Positions 30,690 to 40,547 of a stretch of DNA of 64,000 bases are shown here, in pieces. The stretch's first letter is position 1; the number at the start of each line of letters is the position of its first letter. The translations under genes and the position numbers were made by a program. A model generated the notes under the pieces. It made no database searches. It had not been told where the DNA came from and saw only the letters and a list, made by a program, of their open reading frames with translations. The stretch is from a virus. Taxonomy: Duplodnaviria; Caudoviricetes. The stretch lies in the IMG/VR virus record IMGVR_UViG_3300037722_000435, positions 2,997 to 66,996 of that record; one strand, given 5' to 3'.

Positions 30690-30899
30690 ATGGTACTAGA
30701 AAATAAAACTGGAGGATGGAGTAAGACAAAGATAGGGACACTTTTAGTTGGTATTGGTGCAGTTGCAGGGACTCTCGGAGGATGGCTTACAGGAAGTCTT
30801 GAACCTATGTCTGCATTTCAAGCACTACTAACTGAAGTAGGGGTAGTTTTAGGAATCTTCGGAATTAGGGACATCCCTATTCTGCAGGGCAGGAAGTAA
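30690..30899 (+). CDS. Holin-like two-TM protein
   Basis: Two hydrophobic helices, GIFGIRD tail, GGAGGT RBS. Confidence 0.5.
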   Translation: MVLENKTGGWSKTKIGTLLVGIGAVAGTLGGWLTGSLEPMSAFQALLTEVGVVLGIFGIRDIPILQGRK

Positions 30900-30914
30900 T
30901 TTTATCTTGGGATA

Positions 30915-31511
30915 ATGAGAATAACATTTGAATGTCTTACTTGTGGAAAGATAGTTACAGACTACCCCCACAATAAGTCTCGTTATTGTTCTTCAGGATG
31001 CTATCATCAGTCTAGACTGGGCAAACCTACATGGAACAAGGGAATTAAGGGTTTATTTCATCATTCTGAAAAGCATAAGAGGTATATGAGTAAGAAACTT
31101 AGTGGAAGAAAGGTATTTGCTAATTCAGGTTCTTTTAAGAAGGGAGAGGTGAGAATTTCTGGAAAAAACTCACATCTTTGGAAAGGGGGTATTACTCCAT
31201 TAAATATGCAAATCAGAAGTTCTTCGGTATACAAAGAATGGAGAAAATCAGTTTTTAAACGTGATAATTTTACTTGCCAGCATTGCGGGAGAGTTGGAGG
31301 CCCTCTTCACGCAGACCATATCAAACCATTTGCCTATCTGATTCAGCAAGTTAAGGATATTTATGGTAAGATAGTTTATGAACAGATAGAAGAATATTCA
31401 GAATTGTGGGAAATAAAAAATGGTAGAACTCTCTGTTTAGAGTGTCATAAAAAAACAAAGAGTTATTTAAATAGACATTATGTTTCAAATCTGTGTCAAA
31501 ATCCCAAATAG
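30915..31511 (+). CDS. HNH endonuclease (Zn finger plus NUMOD-like)
   Basis: CLTCG, YCSSGC, WKGGIT, CQHCG...HADHIKPF...GRTLCLECH. Confidence 0.9.
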   Translation: MRITFECLTCGKIVTDYPHNKSRYCSSGCYHQSRLGKPTWNKGIKGLFHHSEKHKRYMSKKLSGRKVFANSGSFKKGEVRISGKNSHLWKGGITPLNMQIRSSSVYKEWRKSVFKRDNFTCQHCGRVGGPLHADHIKPFAYLIQQVKDIYGKIVYEQIEEYSELWEIKNGRTLCLECHKKTKSYLNRHYVSNLCQNPK

Positions 31512-31545
31512 ATAGATTTATTTAGTATTTCTACATAAATAGAAT

Positions 31546-31869
31546 ATGACTAGAGGATTAGTTACTCGTAGTAGTGATGGGAAAACCATCGACATAGACA
31601 AAGCAGACGCCGAACAAATGGAAGTCAATCACAATGCTAAAAAAACCATAGGTGTGACAGATTTTCTTATTCAGAAATTAGCTTATAATGCAAATGGTTT
31701 AGTCGAATATCAAGGTTATGCAAAACCTGGAACTACAACTAGTACCTCTGGATGGTTAATCAAAAAGTTAATTTATGATGGATTTAATGTTACAGATATT
31801 CTATTTGAGGGGGGGAATTTAGAATTTGATGCAATCTGGGATAACCGTGCGTCTCTCGACTATTCATGA
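31546..31869 (+). CDS. Hypothetical phage structural protein
   Basis: YQGYAKPG...WLIKKL...IWDNRASLDYS motif, common in tail regions. TATA at 31517. Confidence 0.65.
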   Translation: MTRGLVTRSSDGKTIDIDKADAEQMEVNHNAKKTIGVTDFLIQKLAYNANGLVEYQGYAKPGTTTSTSGWLIKKLIYDGFNVTDILFEGGNLEFDAIWDNRASLDYS

Positions 31870-32420
31870 TAAACAAAAAGATTTATTTGATTCTTGCATG
31901 CGTTTTTTGTTTTAGCATGGTATCTGCTTATGAGTTTAGAACTATCATGAATCCTTTTACTGGGAAGTTAGATTATTATACGGGTTCGAACTTCACTGGG
32001 CATAATATAACGGGAGATTACTTATTTGGGGATGGTTCGAATTTAATTAATGTTCAATCAGGAAATTTTACCCAAACAGAAGCTGACCCACTTTATGTCA
32101 ATATCGACGGAGATACTATGACTGGAAATTTAGATATGGATGGAAATAGTATAACAAATTTAGGAGAATTAGTCATGATTGGAGTGATAACTAGCCAGAA
32201 TATTTTACCGACATCAACTAATCTCTACACGATAGGAAATTCAACTAATTGGTTTGCAGAGATTTATGTACAAAGAATCCATTCTACTAACATAACCGCA
32301 GAGTATTTAAACTCTAGTAGCGTAGATTCTGATACTGTGGAAATACAAAATAACTTAACAATCGCAGGATATGAAATTAAGGAGGAAGAAGGATGGCTAA
32401 CTTTCAGATTGACAAGTTAA
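31866..32420 (+). CDS. Signal-peptide fibre-like protein
   Basis: MINKKIYLILACVFCFSMVSA. FGDGSNL and YVNIDGDTMTGNL fibre motifs. Confidence 0.7.
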   Translation: MINKKIYLILACVFCFSMVSAYEFRTIMNPFTGKLDYYTGSNFTGHNITGDYLFGDGSNLINVQSGNFTQTEADPLYVNIDGDTMTGNLDMDGNSITNLGELVMIGVITSQNILPTSTNLYTIGNSTNWFAEIYVQRIHSTNITAEYLNSSSVDSDTVEIQNNLTIAGYEIKEEEGWLTFRLTS

Positions 32421-32722
32421 AGTGGATTCCATATGTTTTAGGAGTGATTCTTGTAGTCTTACTTATCTTATCAGCATATAATTACTTTACAATTAAAGAC
32501 GGAGAATGGGCTTGTATTGCACAAAGATGTACTGAATTTGCCAAAGGAGATGAATGGGTAAATTCAAATTGTCAGATTACTTCAGGTGAACCTCTGTGTA
32601 AATTTACATATAATAATCAAGAATATGAACTACCACTGAGTGAGATTAACGTTGAACAAATGACCTCGTGCAAACAATATGAATGTGCTGTGGAGGTATA
32701 TGTAAAAAAATATGGTAATTAA
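32393..32722 (+). CDS. Membrane-anchored Cys-rich small protein
   Basis: N-terminal TM followed by six Cys. Confidence 0.65.
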   Translation: MANFQIDKLKWIPYVLGVILVVLLILSAYNYFTIKDGEWACIAQRCTEFAKGDEWVNSNCQITSGEPLCKFTYNNQEYELPLSEINVEQMTSCKQYECAVEVYVKKYGN

Positions 32723-32743
32723 AATGAAAGGAGGTATCTATAA

Positions 32744-33358
32744 ATGAAGAAATTAATTTTAGGGTTAATTATACTATCTTTGATGATTGTTTCAGTTAAT
32801 GCCGCGTCTTCAGGATTTAGATTTACTAACTCCACAGATGATGTAATCTTCACAGTTAGTCCGATTGGAGCAGGAAACTTCACTAGTACTATTGCTGAAA
32901 ATGGAATATTACTTTCAGACATTTACTGCGCTTTAGCTGGATGTACTTTCGAAGGGAATATAGCAACTGATACCGGGTTTAACATCACTGCGGGTTCTAC
33001 AGGTTATTTTGTTGGAGATGGTACATATCTTACTGGAGTCACCATTCCTGATAATTCTACACAGATTACTTATCAAAATGTCACTACATGGCCTGTTTGT
33101 GGGGTTGGTGAACATTTGGACTCTGATGGGAGTACATTGACTTGTACAACTGATGAAACTGGAAGTGCAGATTTTACCAACGTAGCATATGTGAACGAAA
33201 CAAATACATTTGAATTAGACCAGATATTCCAAGGAAATATTAACTTAACCTCTGGAAATGTAGTGATTAACGATACATTCTCTGTACTGTGGGATGCTTC
33301 TGGTTCTAGTATAACCTCTGATTCAGATGGTACTGTAACCTTTAAACTGGGGGCATAA
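32744..33358 (+). CDS. Signal-peptide fibre-like protein
   Basis: MKKLILGLIILSLMIVSVNA. VGDGTYL motif. YQNVTTWPVC...LTC module shared with 10775-14275. Confidence 0.7.
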   Translation: MKKLILGLIILSLMIVSVNAASSGFRFTNSTDDVIFTVSPIGAGNFTSTIAENGILLSDIYCALAGCTFEGNIATDTGFNITAGSTGYFVGDGTYLTGVTIPDNSTQITYQNVTTWPVCGVGEHLDSDGSTLTCTTDETGSADFTNVAYVNETNTFELDQIFQGNINLTSGNVVINDTFSVLWDASGSSITSDSDGTVTFKLGA

Positions 33359-33922
33359 ATGAATAGAACAATTATATCTATTCTTGTTGTCTTGTTGTTA
33401 GCGTTAGTTGTATCTGCCAATTCTTTTGAATTTGTAGATAATTCCCTAAACAGACTTTTAAATATTACTTCTGATGGTAACGCTAATTTAGTGGGTAACT
33501 TAACTGCTGACCATTTCATAGGAGACGGATCACAACTAACGGGGATTGACACGATTGGCTTCTTTTTAGATTATACCCCAATTACTACCACTGGTAATAT
33601 CACTAATGGTTCTCTAAATGGTTATCCTGCTGGAAATGCAATTTGTAATGCTTACTATACTGGAAGCCATATGTGCCAGACAAACGAAATAATAAACTCT
33701 ATAAATAGAAACCAAAGCAATGAAAACTTCACAGCCACAGTATGGATTAGCAATGGTCCTCCTGGGTATCTTAGTGAAAGTTATGACTGTTCTGGTTGGA
33801 CAACACCATCTGGGACATCATTGGGAAGTATATGGGTGGGAAGTACGTCTCACGTTAATAGTTACGGAACAGGAGGGTTAGTCAACTGCGGAGCATCTCG
33901 GGCAATATCATGTTGTATATAA
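33359..33922 (+). CDS. Signal-peptide protein with a C-type-lectin-like (DUF1554-like) C-terminal domain
   Basis: GNAICN...SHMC...W...DCSGWT...CGASRAISCC. Confidence 0.65.
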   Translation: MNRTIISILVVLLLALVVSANSFEFVDNSLNRLLNITSDGNANLVGNLTADHFIGDGSQLTGIDTIGFFLDYTPITTTGNITNGSLNGYPAGNAICNAYYTGSHMCQTNEIINSINRNQSNENFTATVWISNGPPGYLSESYDCSGWTTPSGTSLGSIWVGSTSHVNSYGTGGLVNCGASRAISCCI

Positions 33923-33923
33923 A

Positions 33924-34679
33924 ATGGAAATAAATGATAAAAGACAATTTTTGAGAACAAAAGAAAAGTTGGAACAGAAAAAATCAATTTGTAGTTGTGG
34001 TTGTAACCAAGAAATGGATTATTTAGACAGCTATGGAAGACCAAGAAAGTTTATACATGGTCATAATTCTAATACTATTGAGCATAAACAGAAGGTTAGT
34101 AAATTAAACAGAGGTAAGACTCCTTGGAATAAGGGAAGAAAAGAAAGGAGATTAGAAGTATTATCGAGAATATCTGTAAGTCACAAAGACTTACATCCAT
34201 GGAATAAAGGGCTGAAAGGTTCTCAAGAAGGATGGAACAAAGGATTAACCAAAGAAACATCAGACTCAGTAAAAAAAATATCTGACAGCAAATTAGGACA
34301 CGAAGTTTCAGAAACTACTAGGTTAAAGATAAGAAAAACATTATTATCCAAACAAGAAGAATGCTTTGTTACTCGTAGGGGATATAAAAACTTTACAAGA
34401 TATATAAAAAATTTAGTTAGGAAAAGAGATAATCAGATATGTATGTTATGTGGGATTCATAGAGAAAAATTAAAATACTCTTTAGATGTGCACCATATTA
34501 ATTATGATAAACATCTTTCTATTGAACAAAACCTTATAACTTTGTGCAAACCTTGTCATGGGAAAATTGGATTTAACAAAAAGCAATGGCTGAGTTTTTT
34601 TCACTCTTTACTTGTAGAAAGATATAATTATAAATATGAAGAAGATGGAGATATAATATTGGAGATAAAAAATGAATAA
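33924..34679 (+). CDS. NUMOD3-repeat HNH endonuclease
   Basis: CSCGC, PWNKG repeats, CMLCG...LDVHHINYDK...LITLCKPCH. Confidence 0.9.
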   Translation: MEINDKRQFLRTKEKLEQKKSICSCGCNQEMDYLDSYGRPRKFIHGHNSNTIEHKQKVSKLNRGKTPWNKGRKERRLEVLSRISVSHKDLHPWNKGLKGSQEGWNKGLTKETSDSVKKISDSKLGHEVSETTRLKIRKTLLSKQEECFVTRRGYKNFTRYIKNLVRKRDNQICMLCGIHREKLKYSLDVHHINYDKHLSIEQNLITLCKPCHGKIGFNKKQWLSFFHSLLVERYNYKYEEDGDIILEIKNE

Positions 34680-36648
34680 GATAATAATTTTGCTGATGGT
34701 TGTTTTCTCGGTTTCCTTAGTCAGTGGAGCAAACTATTGGGTGGGTGACCCTGTAAATTGTCCAAGTTCAGACGGGACAAATTTTCCAGGACAAAACTGT
34801 GCTCCAGACGATATATTTGGAGATTCAGGTGGAACAGCCCAGTGTTATGATACTTCTTTATTAAATGCACCAGCTGGAAATGCCACATCTACAACAGACC
34901 AAGATAGTTCAACTTGCCAAGATGGAACTTGCAACGGAGGATATATTGCTAATTGTTATGCAACAGCAGACGGTTCAGAACCATTTGCAGATAATTCTGG
35001 TGCTTACTGGTGCGATAGAAACTCTACAATTTATGGAACATTATTTAGAAATACGGTTTGTGTAGGCACTGATTCTGGTGGAACTTTTGGAACTAACTCG
35101 CCAGGAACTTGTAGAACTAATTATTTTCAATGTGATGGTGGAGATAGTTTAGATGACTGTGAAATTTTGGCAGGTTTGAGCTGTGGCTCAGGAACTGGGA
35201 CAATAGTATACAACCAATGTTTTTCTTCATCAGCAGGAAACTGTACAAGGTCTAGTGATTTTCTGGATTGTAATGATGGAGACGGGGACTCGAATCAGCT
35301 AACCTGCAATCCTGGAAGCCCAAACGATGGTTGTGAAATTAATCCTGGGACTACGACAAATAATTCACAATCAACATATGTAACATGCACGACATTCACT
35401 TGTAATTCTGGATATTTAGATTTAGACGGTGATGGTACTGGTGGAGATACTGAAAACGGATGCGAAATCCAAATAGGGGGCTCATGTACAGCAGGTTCTT
35501 TGTCTGGGACTTATGATGATTCTGGTGTCTGTGTAGTTCCTAAAAAATCATTTGCAACAGGAAACTTTACAGAGTATGCAACAAATTCCTCAGAACATTT
35601 TTTATGGGGAAAAGACTATGGGCTCGGAGCATTAATCAACTTTAGCGATGTAAACAATAATACATTTATAGTCGGACAAGGAGCAAACGTAACTCTAGGA
35701 AATAGAATAACATTTGCATTAGGAAATATACTTGAATCAATAACTTCGACCCTATTAAAGATAACTGGAAACTTAAATGTCAGTGGGAATATTACTTCTT
35801 CTTATTATTTCGGAGATGGTAGCCAATTAACTAATTTACCCTCAAGTGATAATAGTTCTTGGAATGAGTCTTATGCAAATACCCTTTATATTTCTCAATC
35901 AGATGAAGGAAACTTAAATGTTAATTATTCTTTACTGTCAAATTCTTCTGATTACTGGGATGAATTAAACACAACAAATTCCACACAATTTGAAAACAAT
36001 GGAGGAATATTAAACATTTTAGAGTCATGGCTCACAACATTCATTAATTCGTTTGGATTTTTAGATGATGATGTGTATATTGATGACAGTGAATTACCTT
36101 TAGCTAATAGAACGTTACCTTACTGTGGGAACATCACTGGAGCAACTTCAGATTTATGTACTTTAGTCGATACCGACACAGACACAAACTATTGGGCAAT
36201 TCAAAATGGATACTTAACAAACGATACAACTTCCGGAGTGAATACAACTAATTTAATTTTAGATGGTTTATTAACATTCACTGGAGACAGGACAATAGCA
36301 ACAACAAATGCAGGTGACGACCTAACAATCAACCCACAATCTCATTTATATTTGGGAACTGCAAACAGCGACAGTATAACAATAGGGAGAACCACAGGAG
36401 CAGTGCCAATAGTGGTTCAAGGTGGAACTCAAATTAATGTTAGAGATTCAAATACTTACATCAATTCACCTGTTTCTGGAGAATTACACTTAAATTCAAC
36501 TACCAATATAACAATAGAATCACCATTAACAGTTATTAACGGGAATATTTCAAGAACAAACTCAACAGGAGGAGCTGTTATGAACGAATACTATAATGGG
36601 ACTTGTTGGATAAAAACATTTGGTAGCAGTAGTATGGTTTGGTGTTAG
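34672..36648 (+). CDS. Signal-peptide, Cys-rich, sequon-rich protein
   Basis: MNKIIILLMVVFSVSLVSGA. C...D.DG...NGCEI repeats, then fibre modules. Confidence 0.75.
   Translation: MNKIIILLMVVFSVSLVSGANYWVGDPVNCPSSDGTNFPGQNCAPDDIFGDSGGTAQCYDTSLLNAPAGNATSTTDQDSSTCQDGTCNGGYIANCYATADGSEPFADNSGAYWCDRNSTIYGTLFRNTVCVGTDSGGTFGTNSPGTCRTNYFQCDGGDSLDDCEILAGLSCGSGTGTIVYNQCFSSSAGNCTRSSDFLDCNDGDGDSNQLTCNPGSPNDGCEINPGTTTNNSQSTYVTCTTFTCNSGYLDLDGDGTGGDTENGCEIQIGGSCTAGSLSGTYDDSGVCVVPKKSFATGNFTEYATNSSEHFLWGKDYGLGALINFSDVNNNTFIVGQGANVTLGNRITFALGNILESITSTLLKITGNLNVSGNITSSYYFGDGSQLTNLPSSDNSSWNESYANTLYISQSDEGNLNVNYSLLSNSSDYWDELNTTNSTQFENNGGILNILESWLTTFINSFGFLDDDVYIDDSELPLANRTLPYCGNITGATSDLCTLVDTDTDTNYWAIQNGYLTNDTTSGVNTTNLILDGLLTFTGDRTIATTNAGDDLTINPQSHLYLGTANSDSITIGRTTGAVPIVVQGGTQINVRDSNTYINSPVSGELHLNSTTNITIESPLTVINGNISRTNSTGGAVMNEYYNGTCWIKTFGSSSMVWC
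36119..36185 (+). repeat. 67-bp exact repeat, copy 2
   Basis: Identical to 13512-13578. Confidence 0.92.
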
Positions 36649-39600
36649 TGAAATTAAGTAAAAAAGCAGTAGTAAAACAAATAGGTGTGGTGTTATTAAT
36701 TGTTGTGGGCGCATTGGCTGTTTTTATGGTGAGTAAATGGAACCAAGATTCCACATTAAGATTTGATTCTACATACGATAAATATGGATTCTATCCTGAA
36801 GAAAAGACATTTATTAATTATGACGGATTACGTTATCAACTTAGAGATGATGGTGGAGTAAATGTAAAAGACCAAGCAGGAAGGACTCAAGTCGTTTATG
36901 GATTTGGAATGTCTGGAAATTATAATGGAAAACCTATAATCAGAACAGAATTAGATTACGAGTGGACTTGGGAACATACAACTGAAGAAGTTTATTTCTC
37001 TCAGATAGAATACAATGAAACTGGAGATGCAAATAATATTTCTTATGTAATGACTAAGCATATTTTTACTGGAAAGAATAATGATAAAGATTTCCCATTA
37101 ATTCAAAAGTATGAATTCACACCAAAAGACCCAGCTAAAATTACTACAATCTTAGAAAATAATTGGCATGACCTAACAGATACAAAGTTTTGGTATATAT
37201 TAAGAGATGGAGAAACGATAAGATATAATGGGCAAATGTATGCGAAAACTGAAACAATAGATGTAAAGGTAGGTAAAACGAGAAGTGACTTAAATGCAAT
37301 AACACCAAGAGTAGAATTCTTTGATGGTGGGTTTGATTACGAAGATATGTTAAAAGAAGATTTCAAATTAATAGAAGTATCTTCAAAAAGGGATTTCGGT
37401 AGAAGATTAGAAGAAAAGTCGATAGGTTTAGGATTTACAAAGGGCGCAGGTAATTTTAATGTCGGGCAGACAATCATACTTGACCCAACTTCTACTGGAT
37501 TCACAGACCCTGTTGGACACTCAGACCCACAAAACCAATGGACTAATCCTGCTTATATTCTTGCCTTAGACACTTCGAGAGCAACAGAAACTACAAATGG
37601 AGATAACTTCACATTAGATTGGGATGGATTTAGTTTAGACCCAGATGCAGTTGTATTAGGTATAGAAATTCAATCTACTGGTTACGGTAGTCATTTTACT
37701 TGTCCTGTTAAAGCGTATGGTACATATAACGCATATTTAAGTATAAACAATGGAACATTAGAGGGGACTGAGAGTGATGAGTTTAAGGGATTTTTTCATG
37801 GATGCCAGACAACTCCCCCATTCTTTGACGATGTTCAAACACAAGGTAGTTCAACGTTTTTGTGGGGTTTAGATGATTATGGAACTTTATACGGGGCAAA
37901 CATGACTGCAGACAGCTTTAGAATGAGAGGTTCTGAAACTGGTGCGGTAACAATGAATTTAAATCATGTTCAGGCAAACATATACTGGGAATTACCCCAG
38001 CCAGTTCTTACTTCAATAAGCCCAACACCAGCAAATGATTCAATAATTGGCTCTACTTATTATGTAAATGTGAGCTCAGATATTACTTTAGCAACCTGTA
38101 CTTTAGAAACAAACGCAAATGGAACAAATGTAAATTACACAATGGAATTATATAACAGTTCTAAAAATGCGCAAATAACAAGAAGTGGATTAAATTATGG
38201 AGTAGATGACGGTACAAACTTTAATTTCACTGTATGGTGTGAATCTGGAGGAGATTACGGAACTTTGGCAATAACAAATGTAACATCTGATAGCGTAGTC
38301 CCCCAAATGATTATTAATACTCCGCCAAGCAATTTTAACACTTACCCAGATGAAGATGTAGTGTTTAATTTAACTAATAACGATACAGAAGAAGACATCA
38401 TAGACGCTTTTTTAGTAACCAATTTCGGAAGTGGATACAATGTTAGAAATTATGTTCATTTTGGATATGATATAGACCACGCCGAAGATTTTATAAAAAA
38501 CAGAACAATCGGAGAAATTGACGCAACATCTAATGATACATTTAGATATTTCAAATTAGATGGATATTCAGAATTTGGGGAGGCAGATGGAGTTACAGTT
38601 AGAGACTTCTCTAATAATTATTCAACCTATTCACAAGGAAGTTTTGGTGTTCCAGTGTTCAGTTCTACAGATGGAAGATGTGGTAATGCACCATGTCTTT
38701 TCCTTGACGGAACAAATGATAATATTTTATTAGAAAGTGGAAGCTCTGGAGAAACTACAAGTGTAATTAATGATATGAATTTCTCCGTAGGTGCATGGTT
38801 ATATGACACAAGTATAGGAAATAATGTATGGTTTGGAAAGGGAAGTAATACCGCAGGTGCTAAGTTCTTAGAACTATCTAAAGACAATGCCATAAATTAC
38901 TTTAAGATGTATAATTCTGATGGAGTTGCTATCTGTAATTCAACTTATTCTGGGGGGAGCACAAATGTTTTGTATCATATTGCTTACGTTGGAGATGGAA
39001 CTAATTTACTTACTTATTACAATGGACAACACGTGCAAACTGATGATTGTTCTGGGTTTGTAGCTAACGATACATATTGGAATACTGGCATAGGCGCAGT
39101 CTATGAGTATTATCTGGGGGCTTTCGGAGTGGGTGGGCAGGATAATGAATGGTTTGGATGGATAGATGAGTTCTTTATTGTAAATAGAACATTATCTGCA
39201 AGAGAAATTGCAAATATTCACAGACCAATTAGAACCCAGTATAATTGGATACTAAGAGCATATCAATCTCCAAATAATTATTCAGACACAAGTGGTAATT
39301 TTGTTCATTTATTAGATATATTAACTGTAGATTATGAAACGACTCTACAGGGATTATATACTGATGTGCAGGAAGAATTGCCCGAAGACCCATCTATAAT
39401 AAATTTCTCTGATGTAGACAGACCATGTAGATATGTTGTATCAAGAACTATTAATGTGACTAGTGGGGGGAATTTGGTTATGGATGGCTGTACGCTGGAG
39501 ATGAATAACTCTGAAGAGGATGGGGAGTATGATTTAATTATTTCTGGAACTGGAATGTTAACTGCGAATTATTCTAATTTTACGAAAGCGAGTACTGCCA

Positions 39601-40505
39601 GATATGAGTTTAAATTATTAGAGAATAGCAGTTTGGTTTTGAATAATTCTTATGTTAGTTATACTGGGAGGGGAGTTACTAATTTAATTAGGGGATTGGC
39701 AATTAACACAACGAACGTTGTTTTTGAGAATAACACTTTATCTAATGGTTATCGAGCCGATTTAGAAATTTTAAGTTCAAATATTTCTTTTGTTAATTCA
39801 AGGTTTTTAGGCAATAATGGTCTTGGAACTATTACTGAAAATAATATTTATTGTGTTCTTTGTGATAATGTTAAAATTGTAGATTCTAGTCTTACTGGTG
39901 CTTCTCTTGCTGAGGTTATCGTTTTGGAAAACCAAACTGTTTACTTACTAAACACAACACATTCATCGCACGACATGGATGATGGGGGGAACTTATACAA
40001 GCAATGGTATGTGGATGGAATAGTCCAAAACGATACAGACCCTTTAAATGACAGTGAAGTAACATTTTATAACACAACAGGAGATACAATTATAGTAACA
40101 TCAACAAACGAATCAGGACATATACCAAGACAAAATCTAACAGAATATATAGTAAATGGTAGTAATGTTAAAATTTATCAAACAAATTACTCAATAAAAG
40201 CCACAAAATCAGGATATGACGATAATACAATATCATTCAACTTCACAACAAACTCTGATTTTACAATAAATTTAACTATTGCAAGTGCAGACACGTGTAC
40301 ATATACTTCGGGAACTTGGAATGTTTTATGTTCAGATAATTGTAATATTGATTCAAATGTGGATTTAGGGGGGAATAATTTTGTATTAGAAGGTACTGGA
40401 ACTTTCGATTTAGACGGGGCAAATATGACTAATATAGGGAACTTTACATTCGGCGGGAGTTGTACATTTACTAGGAAGAATGGGGCTTGGTTTCCTTTCT
40501 GGTGA
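36639..40505 (+). CDS. Membrane-anchored protein with a LamG/concanavalin-like domain and a beta-helix
   Basis: N-terminal TM. YFKLDG...FSVGAW...YHIAYV...IDEFFIVNRTLSAREI. C-terminal DTCTY..G.W domain shared with 14278-17481. Confidence 0.75.
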   Translation: MVLVKLSKKAVVKQIGVVLLIVVGALAVFMVSKWNQDSTLRFDSTYDKYGFYPEEKTFINYDGLRYQLRDDGGVNVKDQAGRTQVVYGFGMSGNYNGKPIIRTELDYEWTWEHTTEEVYFSQIEYNETGDANNISYVMTKHIFTGKNNDKDFPLIQKYEFTPKDPAKITTILENNWHDLTDTKFWYILRDGETIRYNGQMYAKTETIDVKVGKTRSDLNAITPRVEFFDGGFDYEDMLKEDFKLIEVSSKRDFGRRLEEKSIGLGFTKGAGNFNVGQTIILDPTSTGFTDPVGHSDPQNQWTNPAYILALDTSRATETTNGDNFTLDWDGFSLDPDAVVLGIEIQSTGYGSHFTCPVKAYGTYNAYLSINNGTLEGTESDEFKGFFHGCQTTPPFFDDVQTQGSSTFLWGLDDYGTLYGANMTADSFRMRGSETGAVTMNLNHVQANIYWELPQPVLTSISPTPANDSIIGSTYYVNVSSDITLATCTLETNANGTNVNYTMELYNSSKNAQITRSGLNYGVDDGTNFNFTVWCESGGDYGTLAITNVTSDSVVPQMIINTPPSNFNTYPDEDVVFNLTNNDTEEDIIDAFLVTNFGSGYNVRNYVHFGYDIDHAEDFIKNRTIGEIDATSNDTFRYFKLDGYSEFGEADGVTVRDFSNNYSTYSQGSFGVPVFSSTDGRCGNAPCLFLDGTNDNILLESGSSGETTSVINDMNFSVGAWLYDTSIGNNVWFGKGSNTAGAKFLELSKDNAINYFKMYNSDGVAICNSTYSGGSTNVLYHIAYVGDGTNLLTYYNGQHVQTDDCSGFVANDTYWNTGIGAVYEYYLGAFGVGGQDNEWFGWIDEFFIVNRTLSAREIANIHRPIRTQYNWILRAYQSPNNYSDTSGNFVHLLDILTVDYETTLQGLYTDVQEELPEDPSIINFSDVDRPCRYVVSRTINVTSGGNLVMDGCTLEMNNSEEDGEYDLIISGTGMLTANYSNFTKASTARYEFKLLENSSLVLNNSYVSYTGRGVTNLIRGLAINTTNVVFENNTLSNGYRADLEILSSNISFVNSRFLGNNGLGTITENNIYCVLCDNVKIVDSSLTGASLAEVIVLENQTVYLLNTTHSSHDMDDGGNLYKQWYVDGIVQNDTDPLNDSEVTFYNTTGDTIIVTSTNESGHIPRQNLTEYIVNGSNVKIYQTNYSIKATKSGYDDNTISFNFTTNSDFTINLTIASADTCTYTSGTWNVLCSDNCNIDSNVDLGGNNFVLEGTGTFDLDGANMTNIGNFTFGGSCTFTRKNGAWFPFW

Positions 40506-40547
40506 TGATAATCCATAAATTTATATAGTTTATAATCCAACAAAATT

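Noticed and set aside
676-40543. Numerous - strand ORFs within the structural block (for example 4291-4635, 5728-6138, 15171-15722, 19758-20123, 33073-33552)
   Set aside because: They are antisense shadows of well-supported + strand genes, with no motifs or RBS.
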